Positions 19,415 through 28,775 of a stretch of DNA of 36,565 bases are shown one piece after another. Below the pieces are notes generated by a model that was not told the DNA's origin, made no database searches, and saw only the letters and a list, made by a program, of their open reading frames with translations. Origin of the DNA: Candidatus Heimdallarchaeota archaeon (GTDB lineage: Archaea; Asgardarchaeota; Heimdallarchaeia; Heimdallarchaeales; Heimdallarchaeaceae); NCBI GenBank assembly GCA_021399395.1, contig JAAFKJ010000116.1, positions 1 through 36,565 of the forward strand, read 5' to 3'. The position numbers and the translations under genes are program-made. The stretch's first letter is position 1, and each line of letters opens with the position of its first letter.

Positions 19415-20500
19415 ATGTGTACAATTCGAGGAAAGGAAAAAATAGTTTTTACTATGCTGTTATTGGGAATATTTTTATTTTCAGCTAATTCACAAGCATC
19501 TTTACTGGGTGTTTATTATCATGACACTTTTGGTTCCTATGGTACTGGAGATGGACAATTTAACAATCCAATTTGTTTAAGCACAGATGAAGCTGGCAAA
19601 ATTTATGTTGCAGAAAAAGAAAATCATCGAGTTCAGATTTTTGATTCTGATGGCACTTTTATCACCAAATTCGGTTCCTATGGAACAGGAGATGGGGAAT
19701 TTGATTGGGCCCATGGTATAACTGTAGATTCTTCTGGTAAAATATATGTTTCAGACCTTCGCAACAACAGAATTCAGGTTTTTGATTCTTCTGGTGTTTT
19801 TCTTTTCAAATTTGGTTCATTTGGTACAGCTGATGGTGAGTTAAATTCTCCTAGTAATCTAAGATTTAACTCAAGTGGGTATCTGTATGTAGCAGATTCA
19901 GAAAATCATCGAATTCAAGTTTTTGATTCTTCTGGCAATTTCGTTTTTAAATGGGGTGTTCAAGGAACAGCTAATAGTGAGTTTGACACTCCAAATTTTG
20001 TCCAGTTCGATTCAGAGGGAAAAGTATATGTTTCAGATAGAAATAATGCTAGAGTTCAAATCTTTGAACCTGATGGTACTTTCATAACAAAATTTGGTTC
20101 TTCAGGTACTGGAAATGGGGAATTTGCTTCTACAAGAGGAATAGCGATAGATAGAAGTAATCGAATTTTTGTTAATGACCCAAGTAATCATCGTATTCAG
20201 GTTTTTGATTCTGAGGGTACCTTTATTGGTAAAATTGGTTCCTATGGTACTGGCGATGGAGAATTCAATTTACCTACAGGAATAGATTTGTTATATGAGG
20301 GTAATACTACCTTTATCTGCGTTTGTGAGCACAATAATAACAGGATACAAATTCTTCGTTACGATGAAGAAATAATAACTGTGATAAAAACTATTACAAT
20401 TACAGAGGAAGCTGGATTTACACTTACCATTCTCATAACTACATTCGCTTCTATGATAGTTTTAGTATACCTGAAAAAGAAAAGAAAATCAAATGTTTAG
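19415..20500 (+). CDS. NHL-repeat six-bladed beta-propeller surface protein
   Basis: Six ~47-aa repeats FGSxGTGDGEFxxPxGIxxDxxGxIYVxDxxNxRIQVF, signal peptide, C-terminal AGF-TM-KKKRK; probable ATG at 19415. Confidence 0.92.
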   Translation: MCTIRGKEKIVFTMLLLGIFLFSANSQASLLGVYYHDTFGSYGTGDGQFNNPICLSTDEAGKIYVAEKENHRVQIFDSDGTFITKFGSYGTGDGEFDWAHGITVDSSGKIYVSDLRNNRIQVFDSSGVFLFKFGSFGTADGELNSPSNLRFNSSGYLYVADSENHRIQVFDSSGNFVFKWGVQGTANSEFDTPNFVQFDSEGKVYVSDRNNARVQIFEPDGTFITKFGSSGTGNGEFASTRGIAIDRSNRIFVNDPSNHRIQVFDSEGTFIGKIGSYGTGDGEFNLPTGIDLLYEGNTTFICVCEHNNNRIQILRYDEEIITVIKTITITEEAGFTLTILITTFASMIVLVYLKKKRKSNV

Positions 20501-20516
20501 TACTGTAAGAGTGTAA

Positions 20517-20562
20517 GTCTGCAAAACCGGTTACCGGAGTTCGAATCTCCTACTCCGCTCCA
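20517..20562 (+). repeat. tRNA-Cys 3'-half copy (attR-like)
   Basis: GTCTGCAAAACCG-GTTAC-CGGAGTTCGAATCTCCTACTCCGCTCCA matches tRNA-Cys from the anticodon arm to CCA with few substitutions; no 5' half present. Confidence 0.92.
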
Positions 20563-20587
20563 AACTCTATTTTAGCGTGTCTTCACT

Positions 20588-21700
20588 TCATAAAACTTTC
20601 TTCAAAGCTTTAAGGAATCTCTCAACATTTTTTGGTTGTGCAGTATGTCCCATTAACCCAATTCGCCATATCTTGCCTGCTAGTGGTCCTAACCCCCCAC
20701 CAATTTCGATTTTATGTTCAAACCGCAGTTTCTTTCTAACTTTTGCTTCGTCAACACCTTCGGGTATAGTTACCGCATTAAGCATTGGAAGACGATATTT
20801 GTCTTCAACATACATTTTCAAACCCAATTCTTCCAACCCTTCTTTTAATTTATTGTGACATTCTTCATGCCTTTGAAATACTTTTTCCGCTCCTTCTTCA
20901 AAGAAGAGTAAGAGCGCTTGGTATAGTGCGTACAGCATGTTTATTGGTGCTGTGTGATGATAAGATCTTTTGTGATCCTTTTGCCAATATTCTCCTACCA
21001 AACTCATATCCAGATACCAGTTTGGAACTTTTGTTTTCCTATTTTTAATCTTTGACAAAGCCTTTTCTGAAAAACTAACAGGGGCTAAACCTGGAGGTAC
21101 TGATAAACATTTTTGAGATCCGCTGTATAGAGCATCAATTCCCCAATCGTCAACTTTTACTGCAATTCCTCCGAGACTTGTAACTGCATCTACTAAGAAT
21201 AGACTCTCAGTTTCTTTAATTATGTGTGATATCTCCTCAACTGGGTTCTTCACTCCTGTAGAGGTTTCTGCATGGACCATTGCGATGAGATTATAGGGAT
21301 TATCTGCTAGTTTTTCTTTTACTTGTTCGGGATCGATAGGTTTCCCCCACTCAAATTCCATACTGTCTACATCTGCACCTAAACGTGTAGCTACTTCGTA
21401 CATTCGTTTTCCAAAAACTCCATTTATCAATATTAGGACTTTATCTTTTGGCTCAATCAAATTAACAAAGCAAGTTTCCATCCCTGCAGATCCCGTTCCA
21501 GATACTGGAATTGTCAATCTATTGTTGGTATTCAATATTTTTTGTAGTAATACTTGAATCTGATCCATTATCTTAATGAAATGGGGATCTAGGTGCCCTA
21601 AAGTGAAACGGTTGAGGGCTGCATATACGTCTGGGTGGACACAAGAAGGTCCCGGTCCCATTAGCAAGATTTCGTCAATATCATCTAACAAGTTTGTCAT
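20588..21700 (-). CDS. Alanine/serine-glyoxylate aminotransferase family (class V PLP)
   Basis: LLMGPGPS, SGTGSAGME, HAETSTG, DAVTSLGG, SGSQKCL, YHHTAP, RIGLMG. Confidence 0.94.
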   Translation of the reverse strand: MTNLLDDIDEILLMGPGPSCVHPDVYAALNRFTLGHLDPHFIKIMDQIQVLLQKILNTNNRLTIPVSGTGSAGMETCFVNLIEPKDKVLILINGVFGKRMYEVATRLGADVDSMEFEWGKPIDPEQVKEKLADNPYNLIAMVHAETSTGVKNPVEEISHIIKETESLFLVDAVTSLGGIAVKVDDWGIDALYSGSQKCLSVPPGLAPVSFSEKALSKIKNRKTKVPNWYLDMSLVGEYWQKDHKRSYHHTAPINMLYALYQALLLFFEEGAEKVFQRHEECHNKLKEGLEELGLKMYVEDKYRLPMLNAVTIPEGVDEAKVRKKLRFEHKIEIGGGLGPLAGKIWRIGLMGHTAQPKNVERFLKALKKVL

Positions 21701-21898
21701 GGTTTTTCACGCTTCTAAGGAATTGTAATATCTCATCTGATAATAAAATGAAACTATTAAAAAACTATATGTGAAGCTGTTCATGTAGTGATTCAATTCT
21801 AGTTTTTTCTTGGTCTAATATTCTTTAGGTATTATGACATTTTAAATGCACAATTATGATATCTTTCACCCGGAAACCCGATTTAATAGGTGATTCTT

Positions 21899-22183
21899 AT
21901 GGTCTATGATGTAATCAACAAGATTTGCAAGAACGCGAAGATGAATCACGAACCGTTTTATAATTCGGTAGAGTTAAGGGGAGATCTAATATTGCTGTTC
22001 AGAGATAAATTGGTTAAGGAATCAGAAACAAAGAAATCCATGATGTATGAAAAATACATAGAATGGAAAGAAACAAAGGACAATGAAGTGATAGAAGAAA
22101 TAGATGGAGTAATAGCTAGATTGAGAGATTATTACAAGGAGAAATTGATAATATTCTACAAAACAGCTGAAATTAGAGTATAA
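21899..22183 (+). CDS. Hypothetical protein
   Basis: AGGTGA SD 5 nt before ATG 21899; purine-rich, coding-like composition; no recognised motif. Confidence 0.6.
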   Translation: MVYDVINKICKNAKMNHEPFYNSVELRGDLILLFRDKLVKESETKKSMMYEKYIEWKETKDNEVIEEIDGVIARLRDYYKEKLIIFYKTAEIRV

Positions 22184-22297
22184 TGCCCATCTTACACATA
22201 ATCACGGTGTCTAGGTCTCATTCCCTTTGTTGTTCTAGAGTTTACACTTTCGAAACATATTTCAATCTTGTTTCTTCTTTTTTCGTGGGTACTTGAT

Positions 22298-23182
22298 ATG
22301 CCATTCAAAGTTTTCATTGGCGGTTTACTTGAATATGACTCTGGAAAAACTACTTTTGCTAAGGACATGATTGAAGAATTTGAAAAAACCATGTCTATGA
22401 AAACAGTTCCGTTTAAACCATTAAGTGGTAACAATTTATTCTATCATTATAATCAAATCAAAAAACATGTGAAGAAATATGAGAATTTCATCTCTTTAGA
22501 TATAGTTAATCTCATGGAAGGGTCTAGTGTAGATGTTCCCATGGTTTTAGCAAACCCCGTACATAGAGTAAATACTCAAGCTATCCCATACCAATTCTAC
22601 AAAGAGGGATCACTTAATACCTTCCTTTCAACATACTCGTCAAGTGTTTCATTGTTTCAAAGACTTACAAGGCATGAAAAAGATTCAGAATTTAGTTCTG
22701 TCTTTATAGTGAATGAACCCATACACAATAATCCCAAGTGTTGGAACGATGAGTCTCTTTCTGAACCAATTTTGAAACAAGCAAAAGATTTGAAATATTA
22801 TCGAAATGAACATGAATATTATACAATGAATAGCAAATTCTATGCAGATGCAACAGAGAGTTCCTTTAATTATCTTAAAACAAAAGCTGATGTTATAGTA
22901 ATTGAAAGTTTTAACAATTCAGCTCATCCAGCTTGGTGTATAAGAGAATCTGATGTGATAATAATTGTTGGACCTGGATCATACTTCAGATTTGAGCCAG
23001 ATTCTTACTTCCGTGCTATAGACAATTTTAGAGCTATTCACAGAAATAAACCAACAACAACTGAAGAAATTCTTAAAATTACAACTCCTGCTGAAGCATT
23101 ACCCCTATCTCTTGATCCTAAGAAGAGAAAAACAGAGATTAAGGGGTTAGTAGAGAACTTACAAAAGAAGATAGAAGAATAG
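22298..23182 (+). CDS. Predicted archaeal P-loop ATPase/GTPase
   Basis: VFIGGLLEYDSGKTT, PFKPLSGNN, NPV, VIESFNN; ATG at 22298. Confidence 0.75.
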   Translation: MPFKVFIGGLLEYDSGKTTFAKDMIEEFEKTMSMKTVPFKPLSGNNLFYHYNQIKKHVKKYENFISLDIVNLMEGSSVDVPMVLANPVHRVNTQAIPYQFYKEGSLNTFLSTYSSSVSLFQRLTRHEKDSEFSSVFIVNEPIHNNPKCWNDESLSEPILKQAKDLKYYRNEHEYYTMNSKFYADATESSFNYLKTKADVIVIESFNNSAHPAWCIRESDVIIIVGPGSYFRFEPDSYFRAIDNFRAIHRNKPTTTEEILKITTPAEALPLSLDPKKRKTEIKGLVENLQKKIEE

Positions 23183-23263
23183 ATTTGTCTTTCCTGCTAT
23201 TGCACGTTTTTTTTGTTGTGTTTTTAAGCTAAATTATGGTTTAATTATTGATTGGTGAATTAA

Positions 23264-23668
23264 TTGTCTATATACAGTTCCAAATACGGAATGGAGTCTA
23301 TCAACGCCGAATTACTAGAATGTATAAACGAATTACGATTTAGATCTATAGGGATAGTCGATGTTGCTGTTGTGTCTCTTGAAGGTTTACCCTTAGTATC
23401 TCTAGTCTTAGAAAGAATAGAAGAGACTAGATTTGCTGCAATGACTGCTGCAATGGTTTCGCTTGGTGAGCGTGTAGCAGTAGAATTGAATAAGGGTTTA
23501 TTGAAGAAAATCTTTGTAGAAGGAGATCATGGTTACATAATTTCGATGCAAGCAGGAGAAAATGCTGTTTTAACAGTCAGTGCAACTATGGACACAAAAT
23601 TGGGATTGTTATTCTTAGATATGCAACGAACTACAGAAAAAATCGCTAAAATCCTCTCTTACCATTAA
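23264..23668 (+). CDS. Roadblock/LC7 domain protein
   Basis: AVVSLEGLPL...FAAMTAAMVSLGERVAVEL...VEGDHGYI...AG..AVL...KLGL. Confidence 0.92.
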   Translation: MSIYSSKYGMESINAELLECINELRFRSIGIVDVAVVSLEGLPLVSLVLERIEETRFAAMTAAMVSLGERVAVELNKGLLKKIFVEGDHGYIISMQAGENAVLTVSATMDTKLGLLFLDMQRTTEKIAKILSYH

Positions 23669-23817
23669 ATCTAGCATATTAATCAGTTTATCTTACTGCA
23701 GTTTGTGTAATGATAGTCGCTAAACTCAAAAACTAATTATCAAACAAAAATTCTCAGGACGAAAAAGAGAAAAAGGACCGATTCTAACTTATTTTGATTT
23801 ATTTGGTACAAGCAACT

Positions 23818-25971
23818 ATGTATTCACTAACAGAAGTTAGACAAAGGATAGTGAAAACTGAACAATCTTTACAAGAATCATTAGAAAGAGATGGAAAGAA
23901 GAGAAGTGGTTCGTATTACACTCCAGATTTTATTGTTGAATACATGGTAAATAATTCTATATCACAAGCAATAGTTGATAGAATAAACAGTTTACAGAGT
24001 AGATCTGAATTTAGAAGCTTAAATGAGTTAATCAAGTGTCAAGATACTAAGATTCTCACCCTCTTATTCAGAGAGATACTGCCTAATTTTATGGTATGTG
24101 ACATTGCAATGGGGTGGGGGGTATTTTTGCTGCATACTTTTGATTTCTTTTTTTCGTTTTATCTTGCTTTTAACTCGTTTATTGTTGAAAATATGAATAA
24201 CACTTTGGAACAAGAGAAAACAGCAAAAGAGTGGATTATTGATAATATCATTTCAAACAATATCTGTGGGGTTGACTTATCTCCCATTTCAGCAGAACTA
24301 GCAAATTTGAAATTGATTGAGAAGGCATTGCTACATTTAAATCAAGAAGCTGCGGTTTTACCTAATTTCAATCTATTCACAGCTAATAGTCTTTTAGATA
24401 AACAGATCTTCTCTAATGATTTAAAAGAGACTTTTAATAAAGAGTATTTTGATGTAATTATTGGTAACCCCCCCTATATTAATGTGAAAAAATTAGATGT
24501 GAATGAAAGGAGAACATATTCTAGGTTATATCAAACCTATAATCCAAATGGGGATATCTCTAACGTTTTTTGGGAAAGAAGTTTAGAACTCTGTAAACAA
24601 GATGGCCGAATATCACTAATTACTCCGAGATATTGGTTAGAGGGAAATGATAGTGATAAACTTCGTGAATATCTGCTATCAAACTCCTCAATTAATGAGA
24701 TAATAGATTTCAGGAGTAACAGATCGCTTTTTCTTTCAACTGAAAATAAACTAGGTGTCGATACGGCTATAATTTCAATCAAAAAGCATGAAAATCAAGA
24801 GAATAATATATCTGTGTTAATTTCTCTCAATAATCACACTATAAACTCAATCGATAAAACTAGTTTCCGACAGCTTACCACTGATCAGAACTTATTATCT
24901 AAAAAACGTTGGACCTTTGAAAAAACTCCTATTATAAAAATGCTTGAGGATAGTGCAGATTATTATCTAGGCGATGATAAAAAACACAAAGAATTTAGCG
25001 GAATTTGTCATCTAGGCAAAGGTTGTTCCACTGGAAATAACAAGATTTTCAAATTAGCAAAGTTGTCTGACAGGATTTTCGAAGGTCACAATAAGATTAA
25101 TGTTAGTTTGGAGAAACAAGAATTGAGTGCTCTAAGATTATTAGTGAAGAACAGCGATATTTCGAAATTCAAATGGACACCCAGATCTGATTACTGGATA
25201 TATCTGAAAGGTAAGGATATTGAAGATTATCCTAATATTAAGGACTATCTTTCAAATTTTACAACTGTTTTAGAAAGAACTCAAAAGAAATATGGTTTGA
25301 AAGAGTATTACGATTATGCTGCTTATCGTTCTTTGGATTTGATATCCAATCAATTAAAAGTAATATGTCCGTATCAAGCAATAGAGAATAGATTCGCTTT
25401 GATTGCTGATAGAAACGTATCAACGATTAATGAAACTGATGTAATTACTTTAGTTATTAAAGAGAACATGAGAGAAAAAATAGATTATATGTATTTACTT
25501 TCAGTGCTAAATTCAGAGTTAATTCAATATTTTAGTATGATAAACAACAAAAAAATATATAATTTGTATGATTTTCGTTCCAATCAAATAGCTAATTTTC
25601 CTATTAAGAAATGTAATAAACAGCTTAGTTTTAGACTTCTAGCATCTCTTCTAATACAAATTTTGAGGAATTATCAAGAATCAAATTCAGATATTCCTGG
25701 AACTAGTTCACAATCATTATTTTCAATTATTAACGCACAGGTCTATGAGTTGTATTTTGAGGATTTGTTATCAACAGAGCTTAATGAGACAATAGAGAAA
25801 TATTTTGCGTCATTTGTTCCTAAAGAGCTGGATTCTCTTAGTATGACAGACATATCTAAGATGCTCAAAAGCATTTTAGATGATGATTCAGTAAGAAAAG
25901 ATTTAGAGAATATTAATAATCTTATTCAGGTTCAAGATATTCGTAAGTTTATCAAACTCTATTCAAAATAG
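23818..25971 (+). CDS. Amino-(N6-adenine) DNA methyltransferase, TaqI/Eco57I-like gamma class with C-terminal TRD
   Basis: GSYYTP, motif I variant DIAMGWGVF, GVDL, FDVIIGNPPY, YLLSVLNS. Confidence 0.9.
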   Translation: MYSLTEVRQRIVKTEQSLQESLERDGKKRSGSYYTPDFIVEYMVNNSISQAIVDRINSLQSRSEFRSLNELIKCQDTKILTLLFREILPNFMVCDIAMGWGVFLLHTFDFFFSFYLAFNSFIVENMNNTLEQEKTAKEWIIDNIISNNICGVDLSPISAELANLKLIEKALLHLNQEAAVLPNFNLFTANSLLDKQIFSNDLKETFNKEYFDVIIGNPPYINVKKLDVNERRTYSRLYQTYNPNGDISNVFWERSLELCKQDGRISLITPRYWLEGNDSDKLREYLLSNSSINEIIDFRSNRSLFLSTENKLGVDTAIISIKKHENQENNISVLISLNNHTINSIDKTSFRQLTTDQNLLSKKRWTFEKTPIIKMLEDSADYYLGDDKKHKEFSGICHLGKGCSTGNNKIFKLAKLSDRIFEGHNKINVSLEKQELSALRLLVKNSDISKFKWTPRSDYWIYLKGKDIEDYPNIKDYLSNFTTVLERTQKKYGLKEYYDYAAYRSLDLISNQLKVICPYQAIENRFALIADRNVSTINETDVITLVIKENMREKIDYMYLLSVLNSELIQYFSMINNKKIYNLYDFRSNQIANFPIKKCNKQLSFRLLASLLIQILRNYQESNSDIPGTSSQSLFSIINAQVYELYFEDLLSTELNETIEKYFASFVPKELDSLSMTDISKMLKSILDDDSVRKDLENINNLIQVQDIRKFIKLYSK

Positions 25972-26853
25972 GTTGTTTTCCTCCAACCAGCGAGTTGGTG
26001 TCGATATCATTGCACCATGCTCCTCTAATTTGTCTATTAAATTAGTAAATGCTACGACATTCTTCTGAATTTCTGTTTTTGTTAAATATCTATTTTGAGA
26101 GATGAAATAAGCAAAATGCCAAGAGTGTAAATTTATTGAGATGTAAGAGTTCTTGTCTTTTGAGTTTTTTAGAATTTGGACATAGTTTTTAACTACTTCT
26201 TCTTCAGATCTCTTTCCTTCAAATAAAGGCCACAAATAAGTATACATTCCCTTCATGACACTCTCTTTTGGTGTTTTTATAACTGGAAACTCAATAATAT
26301 CGTCATTAATTTTATATGGAAATATCCCTGCTTCTGACTGCTTGTAGATTGAGCTATCGTGAGTGAACTCTAGTTTTGAGAGTATGTCAATTGTATTTGA
26401 TGAGAGTTTCATATATGGTGCTCGAAATCCATGAACTTCTGTTGATAGTAGGTTTTCAATTTCTTTTTTTGCACTTTGTAGTAGCTCAAACTCTTCATCT
26501 TCGGAGAATTTGATTCCTGTCTCTTCTCCTGTCAAATCTTCATGGTCATAACCATGTAATCCGTGTTCAAAAAAAGGTTGATTGAGTTTGCTAAACGAAT
26601 TTTGCTGTAATTTGTTAAATAGCTTCAAACTTCTTGCTTCATGGTAGAATGTTGTAGGGACCTTGTTATCATTTAGATAAGTGATTAAAGGATTAAAGGA
26701 TTCTATTGTGCCTTTTAGGGATACAGACAGTTCAGGATCCTTTGTGATTTCTTCTGATTCGTTTTTTATTATGTTACTTACTGCATGTTTGTGTTTATCC
26801 ATGGGTATTGCATAATCTCTATCAAAATCAATACAGATGAATACGTAACTCAT
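25963..26853 (-). CDS. Polysaccharide deacetylase (NodB/CE4) family protein
   Basis: IDFD, PTTFY, HGLHGYDH, GFRAPY, HDSS, LHSW. Confidence 0.88.
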   Translation of the reverse strand: MSYVFICIDFDRDYAIPMDKHKHAVSNIIKNESEEITKDPELSVSLKGTIESFNPLITYLNDNKVPTTFYHEARSLKLFNKLQQNSFSKLNQPFFEHGLHGYDHEDLTGEETGIKFSEDEEFELLQSAKKEIENLLSTEVHGFRAPYMKLSSNTIDILSKLEFTHDSSIYKQSEAGIFPYKINDDIIEFPVIKTPKESVMKGMYTYLWPLFEGKRSEEEVVKNYVQILKNSKDKNSYISINLHSWHFAYFISQNRYLTKTEIQKNVVAFTNLIDKLEEHGAMISTPTRWLEENNLF

Positions 26854-26877
26854 ATTATCAACTACAACCTTATGATT

Positions 26878-27126
26878 TTAGTGTTTTACTGCTAAAATTA
26901 TAGTTTTTCCCCTCACATCTACAACTTCACTATTGGTTAGTTCAGCGATATTTCTTCCAATATCTCTAGCGACATCTGTAGGAATTACTTTCAAACATTT
27001 AATTTTGACTGCTCTATCCTTTTTCAATACATTCTGAACTTCGCGAATTATCCCTTCAGTTATACCTTGTTTACCAATTCGTACTTTTGGGGATTCTAAA
27101 CGAATTTTGTTAATTATGTCCTTCAT
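26878..27126 (-). CDS. YhbY/CRM-domain RNA-binding protein
   Basis: P.VRIGKQGITEGII.EV...L......VKIK, VRGKTIIL. Confidence 0.92.
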   Translation of the reverse strand: MKDIINKIRLESPKVRIGKQGITEGIIREVQNVLKKDRAVKIKCLKVIPTDVARDIGRNIAELTNSEVVDVRGKTIILAVKH

Positions 27127-27499
27127 TTATGCCCTCCTTGCGTTGGTAATATGGTATTCTAGTATATCTGTTACAGTTAAAACACAGTGTTGCAACAACT
27201 TTGTTGGAGGAAGAGAGTCGAACACGACAGTTTTTGCCAGGATAAAGAAAGCTTTTACAATGCTTACAAAACCTCTTTTTCCATTCAGAAGGAAACTTTA
27301 TTCTTGTTCTCATTTGTAATTTTCGGGCTTGTTTTGCTAGTTTTTGAGCTAAATCATTATCGGTTTTAATTGTCTCATTAGCCTGCTCCATTAGAGAGAT
27401 CACTTGGTCTCTAATGTCCTCTTGAGATAATATCTGTGTTTTCTTCCGTCGAGGTTTTCGTCGATTTCTCTGAAATTGAACAGGCTTATCAGTTGGCAT
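27110..27499 (-). CDS. rnp4: Ribonuclease P protein component 4 (Rpp21)
   Basis: KRFCKHC..FLYPGKNCRVRL...CFNCNRYTRIPY zinc ribbon; adjacent to yhbY. Confidence 0.93.
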   Translation of the reverse strand: MPTDKPVQFQRNRRKPRRKKTQILSQEDIRDQVISLMEQANETIKTDNDLAQKLAKQARKLQMRTRIKFPSEWKKRFCKHCKSFLYPGKNCRVRLSSSNKVVATLCFNCNRYTRIPYYQRKEGINEGHN

Positions 27500-27586
27500 T
27501 AAGTTTCTTCCTTGTCAGAAGATAAGTAAAAGGCTTATCAAAGTTTCTTTATGTTGTTTTTTCAGAAATCAAAGAAATAGAAGATG

Positions 27587-28720
27587 TTAGGAAGGAGGAG
27601 TTGGAATGTTCTTAACTAGTTTTTTCATTTCATCTTCAGAAACTTCCTTTCCGTAAGATACAAGAGGTTTAGCTGGTTTTGATTCAACATTAATATTTTC
27701 GATCTTTATCTTATAGGTACTATCTTTAGCTTGTTTTTTACCGAACAATGAAAATAACCGGTTTCCCTCGTATTGTCCTGGTTTCCTCTTTCTTATGAAA
27801 CTAGGAAACTTTACTAGTTGCAATATCTGAATAATTTTATTCTTAGGAGTTACTATCGTCTGATTAATTTCTTTATGGGAAGGCAAAGCTTCTTTTCGAG
27901 CTTTTCTTTTAGAAATTGTTTGAATATTGGGTATAAATCGCTCGATTTTGAAATATGCGTCCCAGTCGGTAGAGGTTTGTTGTTTATTTGTTAGACCTAA
28001 TAGGAACAAGACCTTGTTACGTTTTATTTCATTTAGAGAGTGGAAACGTAAAGTAAAAGAAATTCGTTCTTTGTAGAGAATGGAGAGTTGTTGCAATTTG
28101 TTTAGAAATTCAATGCTCTCTTCAAAAGTTGATCCTTTATAGGATATGAGAATATTTCTTAAAGAATCAAGATTCTTTTTCTGTTTTTTAGTGGTTTTGG
28201 AGCTTAAATTTATTTTACAGTTTCCAAAACTTAGCAAATCTTGGAAATATTGGATAACTTCACCATTAGCCTCTTTTGGTAAAACTAGAGAAGAAAAAAC
28301 CCAATATTTATTCGCAATTTTAATAATTCTTGATTCTGATGTCTTTTTCAAAGGCGCAAAGTAAGCTTCCATTAAATCCTCCGCAAACCTCATGTGGTTT
28401 GTAGTAGAAATTATCAAATACGGACTAAGTGGTTCGATGATTTGCATTTTATCAAGAAGAGTAGATACTTTGTTTATTACTTCTCCAACGTTTTCAGCTG
28501 AAATAACTAAAATTAGTTTAAGAGATGATTTTGACATCTGAATAACGTATGAATAACCAAAAGAATCAAAGAAGTTGAAGATCCTTCTAGACAGTTGGGA
28601 TAGAACACCATCCTCGATTTTAGTAATGGAGAAACAAATAACAGAAATAGCTTGACTATCTGACTCTAATATTACAAAATCATCAGTATTATGGATTTGA
28701 AACTTTGACATAGTATCCAT
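27587..28720 (-). CDS. Hypothetical protein directly downstream of ftsZ
   Basis: 377-aa ORF on the same strand as ftsZ, 55-nt gap; basic disordered tail ending IPTPPS. Confidence 0.75.
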   Translation of the reverse strand: MDTMSKFQIHNTDDFVILESDSQAISVICFSITKIEDGVLSQLSRRIFNFFDSFGYSYVIQMSKSSLKLILVISAENVGEVINKVSTLLDKMQIIEPLSPYLIISTTNHMRFAEDLMEAYFAPLKKTSESRIIKIANKYWVFSSLVLPKEANGEVIQYFQDLLSFGNCKINLSSKTTKKQKKNLDSLRNILISYKGSTFEESIEFLNKLQQLSILYKERISFTLRFHSLNEIKRNKVLFLLGLTNKQQTSTDWDAYFKIERFIPNIQTISKRKARKEALPSHKEINQTIVTPKNKIIQILQLVKFPSFIRKRKPGQYEGNRLFSLFGKKQAKDSTYKIKIENINVESKPAKPLVSYGKEVSEDEMKKLVKNIPTPPS

Positions 28721-28775
28721 TATTATATAGAGATTAGAGCATAAAAACCCAAAAATAAATGGAGAATAAATAAAT

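Larger units (their letters stand above)
18250..20562 (+). mobile_element. Tandem island at the tRNA-Cys 3' end: two single-gene cassettes, each closed by a tRNA-Cys 3' fragment; no integrase
   Basis: tRNA 3'-end copies at 19320-19342 and 20517-20562 delimit units of about 1.1 and 1.2 kb. Confidence 0.7.

Noticed and set aside
19520-20350. DNA tandem repeats or DGR-like repeat pair
   Set aside because: The ~141-bp periodicity is explained by NHL protein repeats; no reverse transcriptase is present.
20517-20562. Split (trans-spliced) tRNA-Cys half
   Set aside because: An intact tRNA-Cys is adjacent, there is no complementary leader or BHB, and the T-stem has a mismatch; an att remnant is the simpler explanation.
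22192-22434. 80-aa minus-strand ORF
   Set aside because: Largely antisense to the P-loop ATPase gene, with no motif or SD.
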